Source: an uncultured Acidobacteriota bacterium
GTDB taxonomy: Bacteria > Acidobacteriota > Polarisedimenticolia > JACPZX01
Direction: 5' to 3'
Length of the DNA: 64,000 nucleotides
NCBI GenBank assembly: GCA_964568735.1
Contig: CAZMRF010000001.1
Location: 46,699 to 110,698 of the forward strand
The notes under the pieces were generated by a model that did no database searches, was not told where the DNA came from, and saw only the letters and a list, made by a program, of their open reading frames with translations. Below, piece by piece: positions 1 through 9,993 of the stretch. How positions within the stretch are numbered: position 1 is the first letter of the stretch; each line of letters opens with the position of its first letter. A program made the position numbers and the translations under genes.

Positions 1-412
1 CCCTGCGGGGCCCGGCCCAGTTCCCGTGGGCCCTCCTATCTGACCGGCCGAGTAGAGGACCTGAGCATCAGACGGTGTAACCGCGAGAGTCAGTGTGACG
101 ACAAGGGCAGCGAACAGGGATACCGGCGCTTCCGCGGAGCAGCGAACGCGCATCCATCCGATCACGCCGGGTGACGCCCTCGAACCGATGAGCGGCTTCC
201 GCCTCCGGCGCTGGGTGCCCCGTGCGGATGCGCGCGTTCAGGAAGGACAGCCGGAGTATACGGATACGCTGTGATCCGAGCAACACAGAATCAGAGAATA
301 CGTATGCGGAGCAGCGACGCTCGAGCCACGGTATCAGCGGTGCGAGGTTCGCCGGCGAATCGCGATTCAGCCGGATGGGCTCAGGTCGGTTGGCGGCGGA
401 ACGAAGGGAAGC

Positions 413-1598
<1,186 letters not shown>

Positions 1599-1599
<1 letters not shown>

Positions 1600-2237
1600 C
1601 AGAGGTCGTCCACGGCCGTGACGATGAGCATGCAGTGCGTGTTGCCGACCCGGAACTCGCTCTTGTCGAAGATCTCGGTCTCCGTGATGCGCCGCTCGTC
1701 CACGAAGGTCCCGTTCGTGCTCCCGAGGTCCTTGAGGAAGTAGCGATCGTCGCGGATCTCGATCAAGGCGTGCCGGCGCGAGATCTCGTCGTCCTGGATG
1801 GGAATGTCCGTCCCGGCCCGGCCGATGACCGCGCGCGAGGTGCTGCAGAGCAGCACCTTACCCGTGTCGGGCCCGCTGAGGAGCGCGAGCGAGATCCGCC
1901 TGTCCCGGGGCATCGGGGGCACGTGATCCACGGGGGCGACCCCCTCGAGCGTGGCGGACTTCTTGACCTTGACCGTTGGAGGGCCCTCGGAATCCGGCAC
2001 GAGTGCGGCGACCGCAGCAGCCTCGCCTGCGGGGATTAGCTGCACCGGCTGCGGAGCGGGTGCCCTGGCTGTGCCCGAGGCGCGTGCAGCGGGGGGCGGC
2101 GCCGGCTCCGGGTTCTGCTTCTCCAGAGTCACGACGCCTCCGCAGGCCGGGCAGCGGACGCGAACACTCGGGCGATCACCGAAGCGCTCGTCGGCGAAGA
2201 CGAAGGGCTTGCTGCACGATGGGCAGACGGCTGTCAT
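1599..2237 (-). CDS. Zinc-ribbon plus FHA-domain protein
   Basis: N-terminal CPSC...CPAC zinc ribbon, a Pro/Ala-rich linker, and a C-terminal FHA fold (GR..TDI.I.D..ISRRHA.I......[12 protein letters not shown]). Confidence 0.7.
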
Positions 2238-3421
2238 GGCGTCCTCGCGGGGGCTGAATGGCGCGCATCACTGCCCGCGCGGGCGGCCCGGCCCCGGGCT
2301 GCCACCTCGCGAAGGGCCTCCAGCAGCGCGTCGACCTCTTCTTCGCGGGTCGATGGCGCGAGGCTGATCCGGACGGAGTCTACCGCCTCCGCGGGAGGGC
2401 ACCCCATGGCTTCGAGAACGTGGGAGGGGCGCGCTGAGCCCGTGGAGCAGGCGGAGCCCGTCGAGATCGCGAAGCCCAGGAGATCGAGCTGAACGACGAG
2501 ATGGCGTCCCGGAAGATCCGGGAGGAAGAAGGAGGTCGTGTTCGGCACCCGGGGCGCACTGCCGCCGTGCACCCGCGCTCCCTCCGAGAGCAGTGGGAGC
2601 TCGGATTCAATGCGGTCCCTCAGGCGGGCCAGCGCACGCGAGCGCTCGAGATCCAGCAGCCGGAGGGCCGCGCTGAAACCCGCGGCGAGGAAGGCGGACT
2701 CGGTGCCCGCTCGCCTCCCCTCTTCCTGCCCGCCCCCCGAGAGCTGCGACACGAGCTTCGTTCCGCGCCCGAGGACGAGGGCGCCGATCCCCGGGGGCCC
2801 ACCGATCTTGTGCGAGGCGAGAGTCACGGCAGAGGCGCCGGGAGCGGCCCCGGTCACGGAGATCTTGCCCGCAGACTGCGCCATGTCGGAGTGAAAGGCC
2901 GCACCGTGGCGCGCGGCCACGGCCGCAAGCTCCTCGAGGGGCTGGATCACTCCCGTCTCGTTGTTCGCGTGCATGATGCTGACGATGTCCGCCCCCTCGC
3001 GGCGAAGCGACGACTCGAGATCTTCCGGATCCACGAGCCCATCCTGGTCGACCCGGAGCAACTCGACCTGCGCGCCTCCCGCTTCCAGCGCCCGGCACGT
3101 CTCGAGGACGGAAGGGTGCTCCACGGCGGAGGTGACGATCCGGACCCGCCTCCCTCGTGCCTGCGCCTGCGCCGTCATGCCCCGCAACGCGAGGTTGTTC
3201 GACTCGGTCCCGCCGCTGGTGAAGATCACCTCCGCGGCCTCCACGCCGGCGAGGCGCGCGATCTCCTCGCGGGCCTCGTCGAGGATCGCGCGCGCGGCCC
3301 GCCCTTCGGCATGCGGGCTGGAGGGGTTCCCCCGGAGCAGGGCTGCCCCGTCGGCCACGGCGCGCCGCACGGCTTCGGGCATGGGCGTCGTGGCGTTGTG
3401 ATCCATGTAGGTGCGTGGCAT
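2234..3421 (-). CDS. Cysteine desulfurase (IscS/NifS family, PLP-dependent)
   Basis: YMDHNATTP N-terminus and a SAHKIGGPPGIGAL PLP-lysine region. Start chosen at the Met that aligns with IscS/NifS N-termini; the ORF extends to 3460. Confidence 0.85.
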   Translation of the reverse strand: MPRTYMDHNATTPMPEAVRRAVADGAALLRGNPSSPHAEGRAARAILDEAREEIARLAGVEAAEVIFTSGGTESNNLALRGMTAQAQARGRRVRIVTSAVEHPSVLETCRALEAGGAQVELLRVDQDGLVDPEDLESSLRREGADIVSIMHANNETGVIQPLEELAAVAARHGAAFHSDMAQSAGKISVTGAAPGASAVTLASHKIGGPPGIGALVLGRGTKLVSQLSGGGQEEGRRAGTESAFLAAGFSAALRLLDLERSRALARLRDRIESELPLLSEGARVHGGSAPRVPNTTSFFLPDLPGRHLVVQLDLLGFAISTGSACSTGSARPSHVLEAMGCPPAEAVDSVRISLAPSTREEEVDALLEALREVAARGRAARAGSDARHSAPARTP

Positions 3422-3574
3422 CGCGCAAGTCCCTGCCGAAGCGGAGGGCGAGTCTAACACTCTGATTCTTAAGGCTTCAACAAGGACCGGGCGAGGCGTG
3501 ATTCCTTGACACTCCGAGGGAGGCCGAAGTAAGGTCAGCGGACTTCTCCCCTACCCGCCCCGGACACCCGGCTC

Positions 3575-6355
3575 ATGACCACCATCGATCTGAAATCCAC
3601 CCTCAACCTGCCTCGCACGTCCTTCAGCATGAAAGCGGATCTGCCCCGGCGGGAGCCCGAGATGATCCGGTGGTGGGAGGAGATCGACCTCTACGGGAGC
3701 CTTCGGAAGGCCCGGAAGGGCTCCCCCTCCTACGTCCTGCACGACGGCCCGCCCTACGCCAACGGGCGGATCCACCTCGGACAGGCACTGAACAAGATCC
3801 TGAAGGACCTCATCGTGAAATCCCGCTCGATGATGGGGATGGACTCCCCCTACGTTCCGGGCTGGGACTGCCACGGGCTCCCCATCGAACTTCAAGTTGA
3901 CAGGGATCTCGGTCAGAAGAAGCGGGAGATGACCGCCCTGCAAGTCCGGGCGGCCTGCCGGAGCTACGCGGAGAAGTTCATCGATCTGCAACGGACGGAC
4001 TTCCGCAGGCTCCTGATCTTCGGAGAGTGGTCGCGGCCCTATCTGACCATCGATCCCTCCTACGAGGCCGCCATCATCCGCGAGCTCGCGGGCTTTCATC
4101 GCGCGGGCAGCGTCTACAAGGGGCTCAAGCCCGTCCACTGGTGTGCCTCCTGCCGGACCGCGCTGGCCGAGGCGGAGGTCGAGTACGAGGAGATCGAGAG
4201 CCCCTCCATCACGGTCCGCTTCCCCATCGACCTCTCGCCCCTTCGCGCCGATCTCCGCGGGCGTCGTTCGTCCGTCCTCATCTGGACCACGACGCCCTGG
4301 ACCCTTCTGGCGAACCTGGCCATCGCGCTGCAGCCGGGAGCCCGCTACGCGCTCGTCGAGATCGGCGGCGAGGTCCTCGTCCTCGCCGAGGACCTCGTGC
4401 CCCAGGTGCTCCGCGGTGCCGGGCTGAAGGGCGAGCGTATCCTCGAGGTCGTCGACGCGGGGAAGCTGGAGGGTCTCAAGGCCCGCCACCCCTTCATCGA
4501 CAGGGAGTCCCCGCTCGTTCTCTCCGACCACGTGACGCTCGACACCGGCACGGGGTTGGTCCATACGGCTCCGGGCCATGGCCACGAAGACTTCGCCGTC
4601 GGCGTGAAGTACGGCCTGCCCGCCTACACGCCCGTGGACGATCGCGGCCGCTTCACGTCCGACGTGCCGGAGTACGAGGGACAGAGCGTCTTCGAGGCCA
4701 ACGACCTGATCATCGCGGCCCTCGCGGCCCGCGGCGCGCTGCTGGCCTCTGGCACCCTGCGCCACCAGTACCCGCATTGCTGGAGGTGCAAGAAGAAGGT
4801 GATCTTCAGAGCCACCGATCAGTGGTTCATCTCGCTCGACAATGCGGGCCTCAGGCAGCGCGCGATCGAGCAGGTGCATGCGGTGAGATGGCTCCCCGCC
4901 TACGGAGAGGAGCGGATGGTCCAGATGCTGGAGAGGCGGCCCGACTGGTGCATCTCCCGGCAGCGCACCTGGGGGGTGCCGATCCCGGCCTTCAAGTGCC
5001 TCGAGTGCGGGAAGAGCCACCTGGACGGGAAGGCGCTCGACCGGGTCGCCGAGGTCTTCTCCCGGGAGGGCTCCGACGCCTGGTGGGCCCGGCCCGCGAG
5101 CGACTTCCTCCCCGACGGGCACGCCTGCCCGAGCTGCTCGGCAAAGGAGATGGAGAAGGAATCCGACATCATCGACGTCTGGTTCGAGTCGGGCGCTTCC
5201 CATGCCGCCGTCCTGGGCCAGCGTGCGGATCTCCCCTGGCCCTCCTCGCTGTACGTCGAGGGGACGGACCAGTATCGGGGCTGGTTCCACAGCAGCCTCC
5301 TCATCGCCGTCGGCAACAGGAACGCGGCGCCCTACTCGGAAGTGGTCTGCCACGGATTCACGCTGGACGGCGAAGGGCGCAAGATGTCGAAGTCCCTTGG
5401 CAACGTCATCTCGCCCCAGGAGGTCGTCGAAAGCCGCGGCGCGGAGGTGCTTCGCCTCTGGGTCGCGATGGTCAACTACACCGACGACATGCGGCTCTCG
5501 CCCGAGATCCTCGAGAGAAACGTCGAGGCCTACCGCAAGATCCGCAACACGTTCCGCTTCCTCCTCGGCAACCTCGACGGCTTCGATCCCGCGCGCGACT
5601 CCGTCGCCACGGCATCCCTCGAGGAGCTGGATCTCTGGATCCTCGACCGTGCCAACTTCCTCATCGAGCGGATGCGCTCCGCCTACGAAGGCTTCGAGTT
5701 CCACCTCTGCCATCAGGCGCTCCACAACTTCTGCGCGGTGGACCTCTCCAGCCTCTACCTGGACATCGTGAAGGACCGGCTCTACATCTCCGCGCCCGCC
5801 AGCGCCGCGCGGCAGGCCGCCCGGACCACCCTGTACCGCATCGCCGAAGCCGTCTGCCGCCTCATGGCACCCATCCTCCCCTTCACGGCGGAGGAGATCT
5901 GGAAGCACCTTCCTCCGGCCGCAGACAGGCTCCCCTCCGTGCATCTCGCGCTCTTCCCCGCGCCCGAGCCTCTCCCCGTGGACGCCGCCTGGCGCGAGGA
6001 GTGGAAGGGCCTCCTCACGATCCGCGAGGCCGTCACGTCGGCCCTCGAGATCGAGCGCAAGGCGGGAAGCATCGGGACCTCGCTCGAGGCTGCGGTCACG
6101 CTCGACGCGCCGGACTCCACGCTCGCGCTCCTGCGCCGGCACGAGGCATTCCTCGCCGATCTCTTCATCGTTTCCCGCGCGGAGCCGGGCAGGGCCGCCG
6201 AGGTGCTCCAGGTCGCGGTCCGCCGGGCGCCCGGGGAGAAGTGCGCGCGCTGCTGGCACCTCAGGGAGGACGTCGGCTCGGACCCCTCCGTGCCAGGGAC
6301 CTGCGCGCGCTGCGCGGCCATCGTGAGGGGTCTCGCGCCGGAGAAGGCCCGGTGA
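3575..6355 (+). CDS. ileS: Isoleucine--tRNA ligase
   Basis: 926 aa. [12 protein letters not shown] (HIGH-like) and KMSKS motifs, plus a C-terminal Cys4 zinc-binding region. Confidence 0.95.
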   Translation: MTTIDLKSTLNLPRTSFSMKADLPRREPEMIRWWEEIDLYGSLRKARKGSPSYVLHDGPPYANGRIHLGQALNKILKDLIVKSRSMMGMDSPYVPGWDCHGLPIELQVDRDLGQKKREMTALQVRAACRSYAEKFIDLQRTDFRRLLIFGEWSRPYLTIDPSYEAAIIRELAGFHRAGSVYKGLKPVHWCASCRTALAEAEVEYEEIESPSITVRFPIDLSPLRADLRGRRSSVLIWTTTPWTLLANLAIALQPGARYALVEIGGEVLVLAEDLVPQVLRGAGLKGERILEVVDAGKLEGLKARHPFIDRESPLVLSDHVTLDTGTGLVHTAPGHGHEDFAVGVKYGLPAYTPVDDRGRFTSDVPEYEGQSVFEANDLIIAALAARGALLASGTLRHQYPHCWRCKKKVIFRATDQWFISLDNAGLRQRAIEQVHAVRWLPAYGEERMVQMLERRPDWCISRQRTWGVPIPAFKCLECGKSHLDGKALDRVAEVFSREGSDAWWARPASDFLPDGHACPSCSAKEMEKESDIIDVWFESGASHAAVLGQRADLPWPSSLYVEGTDQYRGWFHSSLLIAVGNRNAAPYSEVVCHGFTLDGEGRKMSKSLGNVISPQEVVESRGAEVLRLWVAMVNYTDDMRLSPEILERNVEAYRKIRNTFRFLLGNLDGFDPARDSVATASLEELDLWILDRANFLIERMRSAYEGFEFHLCHQALHNFCAVDLSSLYLDIVKDRLYISAPASAARQAARTTLYRIAEAVCRLMAPILPFTAEEIWKHLPPAADRLPSVHLALFPAPEPLPVDAAWREEWKGLLTIREAVTSALEIERKAGSIGTSLEAAVTLDAPDSTLALLRRHEAFLADLFIVSRAEPGRAAEVLQVAVRRAPGEKCARCWHLREDVGSDPSVPGTCARCAAIVRGLAPEKAR

Positions 6356-6879
6356 TGCCTCCCTTTCCGGGTCGCCGCATCACGTGGATCGCGGCCGGAA
6401 CGGTGCTTCTTCTCGACCAGGCATCCAAGGCGATCTTCCTCGGGATGTTGGAGCCCGGCCGCCCCGTGACTCTCATCCCCGGCTTCTTCGCTCTCACGCT
6501 CGTCACGAACACCGGCGGCGTCTTCGGGATCCTCCGCGACCTCGACGGCCCGCTCCGCGCCTTCCTCTTCGGACTGCTCCCTGTCGCGGCCATCGCTCTG
6601 ATGATCTGGTACGCCCGCTCCATCGATGACGCGAAGCGATCGCCGCTCGCAGCCGTGGGCATGATCCTGGGCGGGGCGGCCGGCAATCTCGTGGATCGCC
6701 TTCGCTGGGGCCACGTCGTCGACTTCCTGGACGCCTACATCGGCCCGTATCACTGGCCCGCCTTCAACCTCGCCGATTCCGCCATCTGCGTCGGTGTCGC
6801 GCTCCTCCTCCTCGACGGCCTGGCCTCCCGGCGTACGGGGGACGACGCGCGGCCCCTCACGCCCTCCCGCTCATCGTGA
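6355..6879 (+). CDS. lspA: Lipoprotein signal peptidase II
   Basis: About 175 aa with multiple TM segments and an NLVDRL motif. Its start overlaps the ileS stop, the classic ileS-lspA arrangement. Confidence 0.85.
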   Translation: MPPFPGRRITWIAAGTVLLLDQASKAIFLGMLEPGRPVTLIPGFFALTLVTNTGGVFGILRDLDGPLRAFLFGLLPVAAIALMIWYARSIDDAKRSPLAAVGMILGGAAGNLVDRLRWGHVVDFLDAYIGPYHWPAFNLADSAICVGVALLLLDGLASRRTGDDARPLTPSRSS

Positions 6880-7658
6880 AGCCCGTCCTGTTCCAGATCC
6901 CGTTCCTGGGCTTCGGCATGCACACCTACGGCCTTCTCCTCGCGGCCGCATTCCTCCTTGCGCTTCAGATAGCCCTCCGGGGAGCGCGACGAGAAGGAAT
7001 CCCGCGGGATCCCGTCCTCGACCTGTGGATTGCGTCGCTCATCAGCGGGATCGTCGGGGCCAAGCTCCTGCTCTACCTGCTGGACCTGAACTTCTACCTT
7101 TCGAATCCCAGGGCCCTCCTCTGGGGACTCCGCTCCGCGGGTGTCTTCTACGGAGGGCTCGTCGCCGCCATCCTGACCAGCCTCTGGATCGTGCGAAGGA
7201 AGGGGCTCCCCGGCTGGCGGATCGCGGACATCGCGGCCCCGGCCATCGTCCTGGGCCAGGCGGTCGGGAGGCTGGGTTGCTTCGCGGCGGGGTGCTGCTA
7301 CGGCAAGGTGACGGATCTTCCCTGGGCCGTCACCTTCACCGACCCCGAGGCCAACCGGATCACGGGCGTCCCGCTCGGGATCCCTCTCCATCCCTCGCAG
7401 CTCTACCTCTCGCTGGGCGACCTCGTCCTCTTCGGCGTGCTCGTGCTGCTCTCGCGGCGGAAGTCCTACGACGGGCAGGTCTTCCTGTGGTACCTGGTGC
7501 TCTACGGAGTGATGCGCGGGCTCCTGGAGCTCACTCGCGGCGATCCGCGCGGGCAGATCGCGGGTGTCTCCACGTCGCAGATCATCGCGATGTTCGCCAT
7601 CCTGATCGGAGTCGCGCTCATGGCCCGCCGCCGCCGACGCCCCTCCACTCCTCGCTGA
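6876..7658 (+). CDS. lgt: Prolipoprotein diacylglyceryl transferase
   Basis: 260 aa with the Lgt signature G.LGCF and seven predicted TM segments. Confidence 0.9.
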   Translation: MKPVLFQIPFLGFGMHTYGLLLAAAFLLALQIALRGARREGIPRDPVLDLWIASLISGIVGAKLLLYLLDLNFYLSNPRALLWGLRSAGVFYGGLVAAILTSLWIVRRKGLPGWRIADIAAPAIVLGQAVGRLGCFAAGCCYGKVTDLPWAVTFTDPEANRITGVPLGIPLHPSQLYLSLGDLVLFGVLVLLSRRKSYDGQVFLWYLVLYGVMRGLLELTRGDPRGQIAGVSTSQIIAMFAILIGVALMARRRRRPSTPR

Positions 7659-7663
7659 AGCGC

Positions 7664-8635
7664 GTGGGCGGGGAGCGCGCGGAGAAGGTGACCGTGGACG
7701 CCGCGGAGGATCGCACGCGCCTCGATCGGTTCCTCGCGGCCCGGCTGCCCGATCTCAGCCGCGCCAGGATCAGGAAGCTGGCGCTCGAGGGGCGCGTCCT
7801 GGTGGGAGGGAAGGCCGCCCGGCCATCGCGCCTCGTCCGGAAGGGGGAGACCATTGAGGTGACCCTGCCCGCCCCTGTCCCCACCTCGCTCGTGCCGGAG
7901 CCCATCCCGCTCGAGGTTCTCCACGAAGATGGCGACCTCCTCGTCATCGTGAAACCGGCCGGGCTCGTCGTTCATCCTGGAGCCGGAAGGAGGTCGGGGA
8001 CGCTGGTCAACGCGCTGCTCGCCCGTGGGCCCCTGTGGTCCACCATCGGCGGCGAGGAGCGTCCCGGGATCGTCCATCGCCTCGACAGGGGCACCTCCGG
8101 AGTGATGGTCATCGCACGCAACGATCGAAGCCACCGATCGCTCTCAGCCCAGTTCAAGGCGCGAACCGTCGAGAAGGTCTACCTGGCCGTCGTGGGGGGC
8201 CGCCCGTCTCGCCGGGAATTCCGCGTGGATGACCCCCTCGGGCGCGACAGGGTGAGAAGGACGCGCATCAGCTCCCGCACGCGCAGGCCCCGGGAGGCCT
8301 CCACCCTCTTCGAGGTACGCGAGCAGTGGAGCGGCTTCGCCCTGATCGAGGCCAGGCCCCTCACGGGGAGGACCCACCAGATCCGCGCCCACCTGCGCGC
8401 GGTCAATCTCCCCATCCTCGGAGACAGGGAGTATGGCGGCAGGAGCTTCAGGGAGCTTCCGGAGGAGCTGCTCCGCGCGGGCGCGGGCACCATCGACCGG
8501 GTGGCTCTCCATGCCTGGCGGCTCTCCTTCGACCATCCCTCCAGCGGAGAGCGATGCCGCTTCGAGGCCCCCCTGCCCGCGGAGATGATCTTCCTGATCG
8601 GCCTCCTCAGGGGATCGGAGGGCTCCAGGGGATGA
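7664..8635 (+). CDS. RluA-family 23S rRNA pseudouridine synthase (RluD-like)
   Basis: N-terminal S4-like RNA-binding region (RLDRFL...LSR) and the catalytic HRLDRGTSGVMV motif. GTG start inferred. Confidence 0.8.
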   Translation: MGGERAEKVTVDAAEDRTRLDRFLAARLPDLSRARIRKLALEGRVLVGGKAARPSRLVRKGETIEVTLPAPVPTSLVPEPIPLEVLHEDGDLLVIVKPAGLVVHPGAGRRSGTLVNALLARGPLWSTIGGEERPGIVHRLDRGTSGVMVIARNDRSHRSLSAQFKARTVEKVYLAVVGGRPSRREFRVDDPLGRDRVRRTRISSRTRRPREASTLFEVREQWSGFALIEARPLTGRTHQIRAHLRAVNLPILGDREYGGRSFRELPEELLRAGAGTIDRVALHAWRLSFDHPSSGERCRFEAPLPAEMIFLIGLLRGSEGSRG

Positions 8636-9510
8636 GGGTCGCCATCGTCGGGACCGGCAGGGCCGGAGGCGCGCTGGCGCGAGGCCTCGCCGGGCGCCGG
8701 GGCAGCGCGAGCCTGGCCGGCATCCACTCCCGCTCCCTCCGCCGCGCCCGCTCCCTGGTGCGGTCCGCCGGCAGAGGACGCGCCTTCGCGAGCCTCGAAG
8801 ACATGGTTCGACGAAGCGACGTGATCCTCCTGGCCGTGCCCGATGACGCCATCGGCTCCGCGGCCTCGGCCCTGGCCGGAGCAGGACACTTGAAGGGAAG
8901 GTCCATCCTCCACCTCAGCGGAGCGCTCGGCGGCTCTCTCCTCGAGCCCATCCGCCGAGTCGGAGGCGCCGCGGGAGGGATTCACCCTCTGCTCGCCTTC
9001 CCCCCTGCCGGCCGCCCCGCGCCGATCCCACCCGGCTCCTGGTTCGCGATCGGAGGAGATCGCCGCGCCGTGGAAGCCGCCCGGGGGATCGCACGTCACC
9101 TGAGGGGCGAGGTCATCCAGATCGCGGACGAGGCCCGTGCGGCATGGCACCTCGCGGCCGTCCTCGTGGCGAACCACAGCATGGCGCTCGCGGCCATCGC
9201 CGTGGACATCCTCGCGCGAAGGGGCGGCATGTCCGGCCCGCGGATCAGGAGCGCCCTGGCCTCCCTGCTGAGATCGGCAGCCGTCGGCATCGAGGCCCAG
9301 GGGCCGGAGCGTGCGCTCGGCGGCCCTGCAGCAAGAGGCGACGTCGTGACCCTGCAGAAGCATCTGGCTCTCCTCGCTTCGGAGCCCGCGGCGCTTCGCG
9401 GGATCTACCGCGCGCTCTCCTCGGTGGCCGTGGAGCTCGCCCGGGCCCGAGGCGATCTCGATGCCTCAACGGCGCGGCGCCTCCGCAGGGCGCTCGGAGC
9501 CTTTCGCTGA
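8632..9510 (+). CDS. Rossmann-fold oxidoreductase-like protein (DUF2520-type)
   Basis: N-terminal VAIVGTGRAG dinucleotide-binding motif with a C-terminal helical domain. Confidence 0.55.
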   Translation: MRVAIVGTGRAGGALARGLAGRRGSASLAGIHSRSLRRARSLVRSAGRGRAFASLEDMVRRSDVILLAVPDDAIGSAASALAGAGHLKGRSILHLSGALGGSLLEPIRRVGGAAGGIHPLLAFPPAGRPAPIPPGSWFAIGGDRRAVEAARGIARHLRGEVIQIADEARAAWHLAAVLVANHSMALAAIAVDILARRGGMSGPRIRSALASLLRSAAVGIEAQGPERALGGPAARGDVVTLQKHLALLASEPAALRGIYRALSSVAVELARARGDLDASTARRLRRALGAFR

Positions 9511-9640
9511 GCGAGGCGCCCAGCGCGATCCGGCGCCCTCCCGGGGGGGTCGTTGACGCCCTTTCAGCCGTTGACCTAGAATGCGCGGCCTGCGCGTACC
9601 TACCGCTTCAGGCTCGGCCGGCCGGGCACAGGAGAACTGG

Positions 9641-9931
9641 ATGGAAGCTCTCGGGATGGTCGAGACGCGCGGCCTGGTCGGCTCAATCGAAGCTGCCGAC
9701 GCCATGGTCAAGGCCGCCAACGTCGTTCTCATCGGGAAGGAGTACATCGGCGCTGGATACGTCACCGTGATGGTCCGCGGCGACGTCGGCGCCGTGAAGG
9801 CCGCCACGGACGCGGGTGCGGCCGCAGCCCGCAAGGTCGGCGAGCTGGTCTCGGTCCACGTGATTCCACGGCCGCACGCCGATGTCGAAGCGATCCTCCC
9901 GGGGGCGGGCGCCCGGGCGCCCCGGAGCTGA
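9641..9931 (+). CDS. Bacterial microcompartment shell protein, BMC-H (PduA/EutM/CcmK type)
   Basis: [27 protein letters not shown]...[23 protein letters not shown] is the canonical BMC-H fold sequence. AGGAGA lies 6 nt upstream of the ATG. Confidence 0.85.
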   Translation: MEALGMVETRGLVGSIEAADAMVKAANVVLIGKEYIGAGYVTVMVRGDVGAVKAATDAGAAAARKVGELVSVHVIPRPHADVEAILPGAGARAPRS

Positions 9932-9993
9932 TCGCGCGAGCCGGGGTTCGGCCCGGGCGCTGACGCGGGCAGGATCCTGGAGGTCTCTTCCCG

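Noticed and set aside
3551-6259. 902-aa minus-strand ORF and 950-aa plus-strand ORF (4027..6879) overlapping ileS
   Set aside because: They are antisense or out-of-frame to an unambiguous ileS. Their translations are Arg/Pro/Gly-rich low-complexity sequence typical of spurious ORFs in 70% GC DNA.
9144-9770. 208-aa ORF spanning the intergenic region upstream of the BMC shell gene
   Set aside because: It overlaps the 3' end of the DUF2520 gene out of frame, has no RBS, and its product is low-complexity. The real feature here is the shell gene, which starts at 9641 with AGGAGA.
9935-9960. Possible intrinsic terminator/attenuator hairpin between the BMC-H and aldehyde dehydrogenase genes
   Set aside because: Only a 5-bp CCGGG/CCCGG stem with a 6-nt loop and no U-tract follows. 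It is too weak to call. It is noted only as a possible stoichiometry-tuning element.
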